Source of the DNA: Basidiobolus meristosporus CBS 931.73 | Taxonomy: Eukaryota; Fungi; Basidiobolomycota | Direction: 5' to 3' | Length of the DNA: 64,000 nt | NCBI GenBank assembly: GCA_002104905.1 | Contig: MCFE01000062.1 | Location: 1 to 64,000 of the forward strand | Shown: positions 1-13,300 of the stretch, in pieces | How the letters are laid out: each line of letters opens with the position of its first letter | Numbering within the stretch: position 1 is the stretch's first letter | Position numbers and translations under genes: made by a program | The notes under the pieces: generated by a model | Told to the model about the DNA's origin: nothing | Seen by the model: the letters and a program-made list of their open reading frames with translations, nothing else | The model's database searches: none

Positions 1-1389
1 GCCTAGGTCAATGCTATTTGAGAGTGGTGTGTATCAGTATTTTCCAGTACCAACTTACAGGATTGTTAGCATAGATGAATAGCTTATTTTGACTTCCTAT
101 TTACGTTAAGAATTTTGGTACATTTGGCCACTAGTTGTCGTAGCATTTTTGATTGTGTTAAACTTATGAGGAGTGAGGTTGATTTAATAAAAAAGAGAAG
201 TATCAGAGGCTGAAGCCAGTGCCGTGTGCCATTAATGGCACCTTTTGTGCATCATCACATATACGGTGCAATGAATATTATTCAAGCACAAATAGCGGAG
301 ATGTGGTTTGAGTACCTCTAGCATACCCAATATTCACACGTTAACCATAAGCAGCGGCTATTATAATGAGCAACTTCGCAAGTACTTTCTCACCCACGTT
401 AACCAACATTTCATGTATTCACACAGTCTATATATGGACATCCACAGCAACCTTACCTAACTCTAACCTACCTTCAATTGGTAGCTTATTTTTGAAACAC
501 TCTATAGGTGTTTCGAAAATTTTCCCCAGTGCATCTCGGCCGAATAATGCATGTCCCCGGGCTTCCCAAAATACTCAATCGGGGCAGTATTCACAATTGT
601 AGATGTTTCTCATGCCATTACTTGAAAACCCGGTTTTTTATCCCAGACATCGGTACAAGGCGTGGCCAAATTCGTGATCAAGAGAATGCCTTACAATCAT
701 GCCCAAGTGGCTGGCAGTTTTAGAATGGCCATTTGTTGTTTTCACATAGTCTGTTACACTAGTATTCCCTCTCACTGCCCACCATTACAGCTTGCAAGCG
801 CATCTGCGTGACAGTTTATTTCCACAGTTGTCGAATGATTGCTGTAGAGGTCGACTAAATAGTCAAGATCTACCAGGCTCTATTTTCAATAGACTCACAG
901 TCCAAATGACCGTTTCGGTTGCGATCTTCCCTTGTGAAACAATCATATGGACTCCTCTCATTCCTGAGTACAAGAGCTACGCAAGATCATTGGGCTTGGA
1001 TACGATACCACTATGTGAATTATTTAGCCATAGCCAGATTAGTTGTGATTTGCCGAGTAAGATCCATGAAGTCGTTTGTGCTTGAATTAACAATCTTGTT
1101 ATAGTTGGGTGTTGTATAATGCATGTCCTGAAAAAAGACTGAGACTCGAGTGAGGCTACAATGATGATAAGAATGGAGGTTTTAATAAATGCAACATACA
1201 CGAAGATGTCGGGAACAAGCCTGTGGCACTGTATGGAGTCACAGGAATATATGACAAGTCCAATTAAGATACAGTTCACAGGAAGAAACTGCGCCTATGC
1301 TTTAGTGATTGGGAAAAAGTATTTAAGAGTTGACCCTGGCGAGAAGTAACCACAAGAGATTACTCACATTCCTCTGCCAAGCTATTAGT

Positions 1390-4300
1390 ATGTTAACCAT
1401 TAGAGAACCCATATTGGAAAACTCTGGAAGCCATGAAGATGGAAAACATCTAACGAAGCCCAGAGAGATGCAGTCAGACGCTTTTCCTTTTTCTCTGGAG
1501 CAAGAGCAAATATGGGCATTTGAGAAGGGTTCTTCTAATTCAGCAAACAACCTTCCGATAGCACTCTTATTGAGAGGGCCACTTGACTGCGATGCTTTGA
1601 AATGGTCCATAGCGCAATTGGTGAATCGTTACCCCCTTTTACGTAGTAAGGTCCTAGATGGTAAAGTTCCTCATCTACAAATAGGAATCACTGGGCCTAC
1701 AGCAATTCAATTAGAGGAGCATGGCGTTCCCAAGATTCCTACCGAAGAAAATATCCGCGAATGTATTGAAGAAGAGGTTAACCAGCCATTCAGTTTAACC
1801 CAAGAATATCCGATCCGCATAAAGCTTCTAAAGTTTATTCAAGACATCAGCCTGATGGTCATTACTGTTCATCGTTTAGCTGCAACGTTGGAAACTATGC
1901 ACTCTCTCCAAAGCAATCTTGCGGTATTATACAACTCGTATGGAGTGGCTAGAGAGCACAACTTTGAGGCTGTTCAAGAATTCAATCCTGAACAGCAATA
2001 TCAGAATATCTCTCAAACCATTTTGAAGGATCAAATTACATTTTGGGAAGAGCATCTAGCCGGACTGGCCCCCATTGGACTATCAACAGACAAGTTACGA
2101 CGAAACAACAGCATTAATCGTGCCCGCATACAAAAAATGCACATCCCAGAGGAGCTTTCAGTCAAGTTAACTCGTATCACAGAGCAGAATCAAACCGATT
2201 TGTATACCACGCTTCTGTCTGCTGTCCAGATACTTTTATACCTCTACACCAAAAATGAAGATATCGCTGTAGCCACTAACCTGCAATTCTATACTTCCAC
2301 TGTTAACACCACGCAAATAGTCAGGTCGGAAATCAAAGGCGAAAAGACTTTCGAAGAATTAATACAAGGAGTTAAACACAAGGTTATTGAAGTCTTAAAA
2401 CACCAGGGCTGGCCTTGGCAAAAGTACTTTTCCGAATCTAACACTAGAGATGAACAAGGATTCCCCAAAATAGAGGTGTACTTTGATGTTCATAATTGGA
2501 AACAAGAGGAAATTCAAATGCATGATCTCGAAGTCACCTGCCTAAACGATTTCGAGCGGTCTACATCATATGAACTGGAAATCCATGTTTTCAACGAAGG
2601 TACTGGCTTACAAATCCAGTTTATCTACCAGACCGATGTGTTACATATCACAACAGTGCAGAAAATGCAGCAGGTTCTCTTCAAGCTACTGGATTCCCTA
2701 ACTTCCGACTCCAGCCTTTCACTAGACAACGTCGAGTTGCTAGACAAACAAGAACGCGAAATGCTAATGCAGGATTGGAATGAGACTGAGTCAATATATC
2801 CAAATTCCCAATCAATCCCAGATGAATTCGAGAAGCAGGTCCTGGCTGCACCAGAGGCAGTAGCAGTAGTACACAATGATACTAAGTTGACCTACCAGCA
2901 ACTACACCAAATGTCCGATCGCCTTGCCTCTCATCTAGTCAGCCTGGGCGTGCGCATTGAGTCTGCCGTTGGTGTTTGCTTGGATCGCTCTCCCCTAATG
3001 GTGGTCGCCTTGTTGGCCATCCTCAAGGCTGGCGGTGCCTACGTCCCACTTGACTCCCAGTATCCCTCCGAAAGACTGCAGTTCATGCTTTCCGACACAG
3101 AGGCCACCGTCGTGATTTGCCAGAAATCAAACATGGCCAGCATACCCAAGGGAGAGTACAAGCTGGTATGCCTGGATGAGGAGATGGATAGTCTGATGAG
3201 TGGCCCGTACACCCCGACACCAAGTCGGTCAACCTCATCCAACCTTGCTTACATCATATATACCTCAGGGTCCACCGGAACTCCTAAGGGTGTTTTGGTT
3301 GAGCAACGGTCAGTGGTCCGCCTGGTCAAGAACACCGACTATGTGAACATCCAGGCAGGCGACAGCATTGCCCACATCTCCAGCACTTCATTCGATGCTG
3401 CAACATTCGAGGTTTGGGGGGCTCTGCTCAATGGCGCCACAGTCGTATGCATGAGTCATGCTGAGGTGATTGACCTGAACGTCTTGGCCAAGAACATGGC
3501 AAAATACTCGGTAACCACCATGTTCCTGACCACCGCTTTGTTCAACCGCATAGTCGAGGATTCCCCCGATGTGTTTGTCAGTGTGAAGCAGGTAATGTTC
3601 GGAGGCGAGGCTGTCGACCATCGCTCTGTCCAAAGGTTCCTTGCCCTACCAGATCGACCAAGGCTTCTCCATGTTTACGGCCCTACGGAAAACACCACGT
3701 TCTCAACCTGGTATGAGGTGGACCACATCTCAAGCAACATCCCCATCGGAAAGCCCATCGCCAACAGCAAGGCCTACGTCCTCGATCACCAGCTCTTCCC
3801 TGTTCCTGTCGGCTTTGTGGGTGAGCTTTGTGTCGCTGGGGATGGCTTGGCTAGAGGCTACCTCAATAGGCCAGACCTGACTGCTCAGAAGTTCGTGGTC
3901 AACCCCAATCCGGAATGCAACGGCGAGATTCTCTATCGCACTGGAGATCTCGCACGCTACAGAAGTGACGGGAACCTGGAGTTTGTTGGGCGTATGGATC
4001 ATCAAGTCAAGGTCCGCGGATTCCGGATTGAGTTGGGCGAGGTTGAGAATGCACTCCTACAGCAGGACTCAATCAAGGAATGTGTGGTTGTGGCCCGCGA
4101 AGACCTCTCGGGAGAGAAGCAGCTGGTTGGCTATGTGGTGGTCAATGGGGAGACGACCTCTGGAATGGATGTCCAACAAGTGGATGAGTGGGAGACCGTG
4201 TTCGACCAGCATGTCTACGAGGAGCTTGGAAATGATATAGCCGAGCCATCATTCAACATCACCGGGTGGAAATGTACCCTCACCGGGGAAGATATTCCAT

Positions 4301-7300
4301 CAGATGAAATGCGAGAGTGGCTGAGAGATACCATATCCGGCATCAGAAGCCTTGGAGGTCAGGACATCCTTGAAATTGGCTGCGGTACTGGAATGTTGCT
4401 CTTTGAGATTGCCCCTCATTGTAGGCGCTACCTGGGCACGGATGTCTCCAGCGCGGCTCTCTCGTACGTCAGCAGGTACCTCGATACCTACTCACTCCGT
4501 GATACTGTCCAGCTCGAGCAGCGTGGTGGTGACCAACTGGAAGATATGGTGGAGCAAAGCTTCGACACTGCGATCTGCAACTCTGTGGCCCAGTACTTTC
4601 CCAATATCGACTATCTCAGGGCGGTGATCACACGAGTGGTCAAGCTACTTCGCCCCGGAGGCCACTTCTTCCTTGGAGATATGCGTAGTCTCGTCCTCCT
4701 CAAGCATTTCCACTCCTCCATGGAGCTCCACAAAGCTCACAGCGACCTCAAGGTCTCCGAGCTGCAGCAAATCATCTCAGATCGAATGCTGAGCGAGAAA
4801 GAGCTGCTTGTCGATCCAGCCTTCTTCTTTGCTCTCAAGGAAGAGATCCCGGAGATCTCCCACGTGGATATTCTGACCAAGTCCGGGGATAGTCTCAACG
4901 AGCTCACCCAATATCGTTACCAAGCGATTATTCATGTTGGCCCTGGCAGCGACCGAGAGGTCGTGGAACACTGGCTAGACTATCAAGAGGCCAGCCTGAC
5001 CCTCGAGAGAGTCGAGGAGCAGCTTCTGCTAAGTCGGCCTCAGTGCCTCGCCCTGGAGAATGTTCCCAACATCCGGCTATCCCGCGAGGTTGCTCTCGTC
5101 AAGCTTCTGGAGGCCGAGCAGTCCAAAGATTTGACAGTCGCGAGGGTACGAGAACTGCTCGAGAAGGAAGCACCAACTGGAGTGAAAGTGGATGATCTGT
5201 ACACTCTTGCTGAGAAGACAGGATACCATGTGAGCGTCAGCTGGAACAGACAGCTACGCGACGGAAGCTTTGATGTGATTTTCAGCAAGCGACAAGGTAC
5301 TGAAAGTCTTCCTCCACGCCACCTATTCAAAGAGCCAGAGTTCTATGCTTGGAAGTGGAAGTCCTATGGCAACAACCCTATGCACGAGGCAGTCAACAAG
5401 CAGTTCGTCCCACGCTTGCGGGATCAGCTACGTGCAGTGTTGCCCAAGTTCATGGTCCCAAGTGCGATAGTCATCCTCGATGCTCTCCCTCTCATGCCCA
5501 ATGGTAAGATCAACCGCCGAGCACTGCCTGCACCTGGATCCCATCAGGTCGGCGATGATGCCGCCTATGTGCCCCCCAGAACCCCATTAGAGCTGGCAAT
5601 CGGAAGCATTGTGGCCGAGATCCTTGGCTTCGAGAGGGTCAGCATTCACGACAACTTCTTCGACTTGGGAGGCCATTCCCTGTCAGCCACCAAGGTGATG
5701 TCTCGTGTCCGCATCATAGTGAAGCAGGAAGTGCCACTGAAGATGCTCTTCGAAGCACCCACCGTCGCATCCTTGAGTGAAAGACTGGAAGAAATGATCA
5801 ATGAGAACACCGAGGTTGATGAATCGGTCCCTGTGCTGAGGAGACTTGATCGTGGGGAAGAAATTCCGCTGTCGTTTGCGCAGGAGAGACTGTGGTTTAT
5901 GAACGAACTGGTTCCTAATAGCCCTTTTTATAATATTCCACTGGTCCTTACACTAAATGGGCATTTAAACGAATGCGCGTTGAAATCGTCAATCGAGTCG
6001 ATTTTGAATCGTCATGAAGCCTTGAGAACTGTATTTCCGGTGGTGGACGGGAAGCCTATCCAACGAATTGAAGGCAGTACTTCTATTCAATGGGAGATTG
6101 AAGACATATCGCAGCATTCGAACTGTAAAGAGCTACTTAAATCGAGAATCACGGAGGAGTCAGTGAAGCCGTTTGACTTGGTTAGAGGCCCGGTAATCCG
6201 GTTTAATGTTATCCGTGTTGCTCCCCAGGAACATGTGCTCTTGATTATTTTGCATCATATTGTTTCCGACGGATGGTCTATTACTCTTATTCAGGAGGAA
6301 CTATCTGCTCTGTATAGCTCTCACATACATGGAGATCAGCCACAACTCTCAAGCTTACCAATTCAATATGCCGATTTTTCAGTGTGGCAGCGGGAGTGGC
6401 TACAAGGTGAGAATTTAGATCGACAGATGAAATATTGGAAGGGACAGCTTGAAGGAATTGCAAATTTGGCATTGCCAACAGACTACCCAAGAGCATCAAT
6501 GATGAATTTCCAAGGTGCTGTAGTGAGCACCCAAATACCCCGTGGTTTGACTCAGCGATTGGTTGATATCTGTCAGAAAAAGGGAACCACCCTGTTTATG
6601 ACGCTTTTGGCTGCATTCGAAATTTTGTTGTATCGCTATACTGAGCAGGAAGATATTGTGATTGGCTCCCCGATCGCAAATCGCAACCGAAAAGAGATCG
6701 AAGGTTTGATTGGGTTTTTCGTAAATACCCAGGTTCTTCGGGTACATATTGAGCACGACTTGACCTTCTCGAACCTCCTATCTCGCGTGAAGGCAGTAAC
6801 CCTGGATGCTTACAGCCATCAGGATGTACCATTCGAGCAAATCGTCGCGGAGCTTCAACCAGAGCGAGACCTTAGCCGTAATCCATTGGTTCAGGTGATG
6901 TTTGCTTTGCAAGAAGTGTTGATAGACGAATTTCCGTTCGGTGACATGACAGCAACTTCAGTAAGCTCCAACGAGATCACCACAAGATTTGACCTTGAAG
7001 TGCACTTCTGGAAGCATAATGAGGGGCTCAAAGCCGACTTCATCTACAGTACAAGTCTTTTCAAGTCGGAAACAATGGAGCGAATGCTACGCCACTTGCA
7101 TAGAATATTGGAAGCCGTGGCCGAGGATCCATATCAGCCCATTGGCAATATTGATATTTTGGATCCTTCGGAGCGACAAAAATATCTGATCGACTGGAAC
7201 CCGATTGACAAGACTCCTCGCGATGGCAAATCCATCGTAGGTGCGTTTGAGGATCAAGTACGAAATACTCCCGACGCCGTAGCTGTGATCCAGGATGAGT

Positions 7301-10300
7301 TGACTCTCACATATCTCCAATTACAAGAGCAGTCCAATCAGCTAGCTAGATACCTGATGAGCATTGGTGTCGAAACCGAGTCGTACGTTGGTATATGTAT
7401 GGAACGTTCGCCGCTAATGATTATCGCACTACTGGCTATACTCAAAGCTAGAGCGGCCTATGTCCCACTTGATTCCCAATCACCACCAGATAGACTGGCA
7501 CACATACTGACAGACACTAGGGCGACGGTTGTAATCTGTCAAAAGTCAACTATGAGCATTTTACCGGATGGTGACTATAAGAATGTGTGTCTTGATCTAG
7601 AGATCCCTGGGTTGTTAGACCTTTCTCCAGATCGCATCGAAAACGCACCCACCCCTAACAACCTTGCGTATATTATATACACCTCAGGTTCCACGGGAAC
7701 ACCCAAAGGGGTTCTTATCGAACATCGTTCTGTCGTTGGTATGGTAAAAGATGTTCAATATCTCAGTATATGTAATGAGGACAAAGTATCACATATTGCT
7801 AGTCCATCGTTTGATGCCGCTGTGTTCGAGATATGGGGATCCCTTCTTAACGGCGCAATGCTGGTATGCTTTAGCCGGGAAGATATTCTTGACCTGGGGG
7901 TCTTTTCGAAGAAAGTCGCCTCATATGGGGTGAATACTCTCTTCTTGACCACAGCGCTCTTCAACCATTGCGTTGAGTCTGCACCTGGACTTTTTGATCG
8001 AGTTGACAATGTTCTGATTGGTGGTGAGCAGGCTGATCATCGTAGAGTCAAGCAGTTCTTGGAATTGTCTACTGGCGGTAGACTATTGAATATGTATGGC
8101 CCTACTGAAAATTCCACCTTTTCTACCTGGCACGAGATTACTCAGCAGTACGATACAGTTCCCATTGGAAAGCCTATTACAGGTAGACGCGCCTATATTC
8201 TCGATAGATCTCTGAGACCGGTTCCTGTGGGTGTAATCGGCGAGTTATGCGTTGCCGGAGGAGGGCTGGCTAGAGGCTATCTTAACCGAGAACAAGCTAC
8301 TTCCCAAAGCTTCGTCATTAACCCAAACAAAGAATGTAATGGCGAGGTTATCTATCGTACCGGAGATCGGGCTCGTTTAATGAATGATGGTAATATACAA
8401 TTTGTTGGTCGTATCGATCACCAAGTGAAAATCCGTGGCTATCGAATCGAGCTGGGTGAGATAGACGGTGTGTTGCAGCGTAACAAGTCTGTCGCACAAA
8501 GTTATGTTACGACCAAATCACTCTCAGCAGATGAGAAGAGTATAGTGGCATATGTTGTGATGAGCAAGGAAGCGCCACCCCTCAGTCTTCCTTCACTAAC
8601 GGAATATCTGGCCTCGAAACTCCCCAAATACATGATGCCAACTGCGATAATTATTCTGGATCAAATGCCATTATTACCTAGTGGCAAGCTGGACTTCAAG
8701 GCGTTACCGAATCCTGGAGCTCAAAACACTCTCTCTCATGTAGCCTACGTAGCACCGCGAGATTTTACTGAGCAATGCATTGCTGAAGCTTGGCAAGAAG
8801 TCCTGAATATTGAAAGAGTTGGAATTTATGACAATTTCTTCGATCTTGGTGGCCACTCGCTTTCAGCAACAAAAGCAATCTCCCGTATAGGGCATTTATT
8901 CAAGAAAGAGATAGCATTGAAATGGATCTTCGAATTTCCCACAGTGATCTCGTTGGGCCAAAAGGTATCTGAGGTTCTCGGAAGTAATAGCTGCTCTATG
9001 AATTCGCCGATAGTGAAGCAGCAGAAAAAAAACACATTGCAAATGTCATTTGCCCAAGAACGACTGTGGTTTATGAATCAGTTGATGCCTGATAATCCAT
9101 TTTACAACATGCCGCTTGCCCTGAATATCAAGGGCAAATTAGATATCCAGGTTCTGGAGTCCGTGATCAACACAGTTGTCAAGCGTCATGATATCCTTAG
9201 AACCACATTCGGGAATTCGGGATGCAACCCTATTCAAAAGATTAACCCCCATAGCGAGTTTCTGCTTCAAATGGTAGATATTTCAAAATCTCCTGGAAAT
9301 ACTCGGGAGCTGAGGGCGTATATTACATCCGAATCACAAAAACCGTTCGATTTGGTCAATGGCCCAGTTATACGGGTGAATTTAGTTAAAGTCGGCGAGG
9401 AAGAGCATATTCTTCTGATCGTCCTTCATCACATCATCTCTGACGGTTGGTCCATCACTGTGTTACAAGAAGAGCTTTCCTTGTTATATAGGGCCTATTC
9501 ACAGGGCTTACCGTCCCCGCTGCATGAACTAACTATTCAGTACGCCGATTTCGCAGTATGGCAAAGGGAATGGTTACAAGGTGAAAACTTCGAGAAGCAG
9601 ATGCAGTACTGGAAAGATCAATTGAGTGGAATTGGAGACTTATCGCTGCCCACGGATTACATTCGACCACCTGTGTTAAGCTACAATGGAGGGTTAGAGC
9701 AATTGGAACTTTCTGCTTCCCTTACTAATGATTTACGCGACCTGAGTAAGAAGGAATCGTCTACTTTATTCATGACCCTCTTAGCCGCATTTGAGGTACT
9801 GCTATTTAGATACACAGGGCAGGAAGATATTGCGATCGGCTCTCCGATTGCGAATAGAAATCGAAAGGAAATTGAGCGCCTCATCGGTTTCTTCGTAAAT
9901 ACTCAGGTGATACGTGTTCAGGTTGATCGTGAGGCAACTTTCAATGAGCTAGTATCCCGCGTGAAGGAGGTAACCTTGGGAGCGTATAGTCATCAAGATG
10001 TGCCATTCGAACAAATTGTTGCTGAGCTACAACCCGAGAGAGACTTGAGTCGCAATCCATTAGTTCAAGTGATGTTCGTTTTGCAAGATGCAACCGTGGA
10101 CGCCTTTACTTTTGGAGACCTAAATGCTACCTTGGTGAACACTGACCGAATTAGTACACGTTTTGATTTAGAAGTACATTTCTGGAAACGTGATGAAGGA
10201 TTGAAGGCAGATTTCATCTACAGTACTGACCTGTTCAGCCCTAAAACCATGAAACACATGCTTTTAGACTTGCATAAGATACTGCAGATGGTGGCAACCA

Positions 10301-13300
10301 ACCCTGATCTTCCTATTGGCGATCTGAACATGCTGGATTCCGCCGAAAGAGGTAGTCTGCTAGTTGATTGGAATAATACATCAACAGACTATCCACGAGA
10401 CAATTCCTTGGTGGCCATTTTTAAGAATCAAGTTCAAAGCACACCTGAGGCAGTAGCAGTAGTACACAATGATACTAAGCTGACCTACCAGCAACTACAC
10501 CAAATGTCCGATCGCCTTGCCTCTCATCTAGTCAGCCTGGGCGTGCGCATTGAGTCTGCCGTTGGTGTTTGCTTGGATCGCTCTCCCCTAATGGTGGTCG
10601 CCTTGTTGGCCATCCTCAAGGCTGGCGGTGCCTACGTCCCACTTGACTCCCAGTATCCCTCCGAAAGACTGCAGTTCATGCTTTCCGACACAGAGGCCAC
10701 CGTCGTGATTTGCCAGAAATCAAACATGGCCAGCATACCCAAGGGAGAGTACAAGCTGGTATGCCTGGATGAGGAGATGGATAGCCTGATGAGTGGCCCG
10801 TACACCCCGACACCAAATCGGTCAACCTCATCCAACCTTGCTTACATCATATATACCTCGGGGTCCACCGGAACTCCTAAGGGTGTTTTGGTTGAGCAAC
10901 GGTCAGTGGTCCGCCTGGTCAAGAACACCGACTATGTGAACATCCAGGCAGGCGACAACATTGCCCACATCTCCAGCACTTCATTCGATGCTGCAACATT
11001 CGAGGTTTGGGGGGCTCTGCTCAATGGCGCCACAGTCGTATGCATGAGTCATGCTGAGGTGATTGACCTGAACGTCTTGGCCAAGAACATGGCAAAATAC
11101 TCGGTAACCACCATGTTCCTGACCACCGCTTTGTTCAACCGCATAGTCGAGGATTCCCCCGATGTGTTTGTCAGTGTGAAGCAGGTGATGTTCGGAGGCG
11201 AGGCTGTCGACCATCGCTCTGTCCAAAGGTTCCTTGCCCTACCAGATCGACCAAGGCTTCTCCATGTTTACGGCCCTACGGAAAACACCACGTTCTCAAC
11301 CTGGTATGAGGTGGACCACATCTCAAGCAACATCCCCATCGGAAAGCCCATCGCCAATAGCAAGGCCTACGTCCTCGATCACCAGCTCTTCCCTGTTCCT
11401 GTCGGCTTTGTGGGTGAGCTTTGTGTCGCTGGAGATGGCTTGGCTAGAGGCTACCTCAATAGGCCAGACCTGACTGCTCAGAAGTTCGTGGTCAACCCCA
11501 ATCCGGAATGCAACGGCGAGATTCTCTATCGCACTGGAGATCTCGCACGCTACAGAAGTGACGGGAACCTGGAGTTTGTTGGGCGTATGGATCATCAAGT
11601 CAAGGTCCGCGGATTCCGGATTGAGTTGGGCGAGGTTGAGAATGCACTCCTACAGCAGGACTCAATCAAGGAATGTGTGGTTGTGGCCCGCGAAGACCTC
11701 TCGGGAGAGAAGCAGCTGGTTGGCTATGTGGTGGTCAATGGGGAGACGACCTCTGGAATGGATGTCCAACAAGTGGATGAGTGGGAGACCGTGTTCGACC
11801 AGCATGTCTACGAGGAGCTTGGAAATGATATAGCCGAGCCATCATTCAACATCACCGGGTGGAAATGTACCCTCACCGGGGAAGATATTCCATCAGATGA
11901 AATGCGAGAGTGGCTGAGAGATACCATATCCGGCATCAGAAGCCTTGGAGGTCAGGACATCCTTGAAATTGGCTGCGGTACTGGAATGTTGCTCTTTGAG
12001 ATTGCCCCTCATTGTAGACGCTACCTCGGCACGGATGTCTCCAGCGCGGCTCTCTCGTACGTCAGCAGGTACCTCGATACCTACTCACTCCGTGATACTG
12101 TCCAGCTCGAGCAGCGTGGTGGTGACCAACTGGAAGATATGGTGGAGCAAAGCTTCGACACTGCGATCTGCAACTCTGTGGCCCAGTACTTTCCCAATAT
12201 CGACTATCTCAGGGCGGTGATCACACGAGTGGTCAAGCTACTTCGCCCCGGAGGCCACTTCTTCCTTGGAGATATGCGTAGTCTCGTCCTTCTGAAGCAT
12301 TTCCACTCCTCCATGGAGCTCCACAAAGCTCACAGCGACCTCAAGGTCTCCGAGCTGCAGCAAATCACCTCGGATCGAATGCTGAGCGAGAAAGAGCTGC
12401 TTGTCGATCCAGCCTTCTTCTTTGCTCTCAAGGAAGAGATCCCGGAGATCTCCCACGTGGATATTCTGACCAAGTCCGGGGATAGTCTCAACGAGCTCAC
12501 CCAATATCGTTACCAAGCGATTATTCATGTTGGCCCTGGCAGCGACCGCGAGGTCGTGGAACACTGGCTAGACTATCAAGAGGCCAGCCTGACCCTCGAG
12601 AGAGTCGAGGAGCAGCTTCTGCTAAGTCGGCCTCAGTGCCTCGCCCTGGAGAATGTTCCCAACATCCGGCTATCCCGCGAGGTTGCTCTCGTCAAGCTTC
12701 TGGAGGCCGAGCAGTCCAAAGATTTGACAGTCGCGAGGGTACGAGAACTGCTCGAGAAGGAAGCACCAACTGGAGTGAAAGTGGATGATCTGTACACTCT
12801 TGCTGAGAAGACAGGATACCATGTGAGCGTCAGCTGGAACAGACAGCTACGCGACGGAAGCTTTGATGTGATTTTCAGCAAGCGACAAGGTACTGAAAGT
12901 CTTCCTCCACGCCACCTATTCAAAGAGCCAGAGTTCTATGCTTGGAAGTGGAAGTCCTATGGCAACAACCCTATGCACGAGGCAGTCAACAAGCAGTTCG
13001 TCCCACGCTTGCGGGATCAGCTACGTGCAGTGTTGCCCAAGTTCATGGTCCCAAGTGCGATAGTCATCCTCGATGCTCTCCCTCTCATGCCCAATGGTAA
13101 GATCAACCGCCGAGCACTGCCTGCACCTGGATCCCATCAGGTCGGCGATGATGCCGCCTATGTGCCCCCCAGAACCCCATTAGAGCTGGCAATCGGAAGC
13201 ATTGTGGCCGAGATCCTTGGCTTCGAGAGGGTCAGCATTCACGACAACTTCTTCGACTTGGGAGGCCATTCCCTGTCAGCCACCAAGGTGATGTCTCGTG

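Noticed and set aside
1330-1389. ORF-track start of the NRPS at 1330
   Set aside because: The codon is TTG; in a eukaryotic context the first ATG (1390) or 1468 is more likely.
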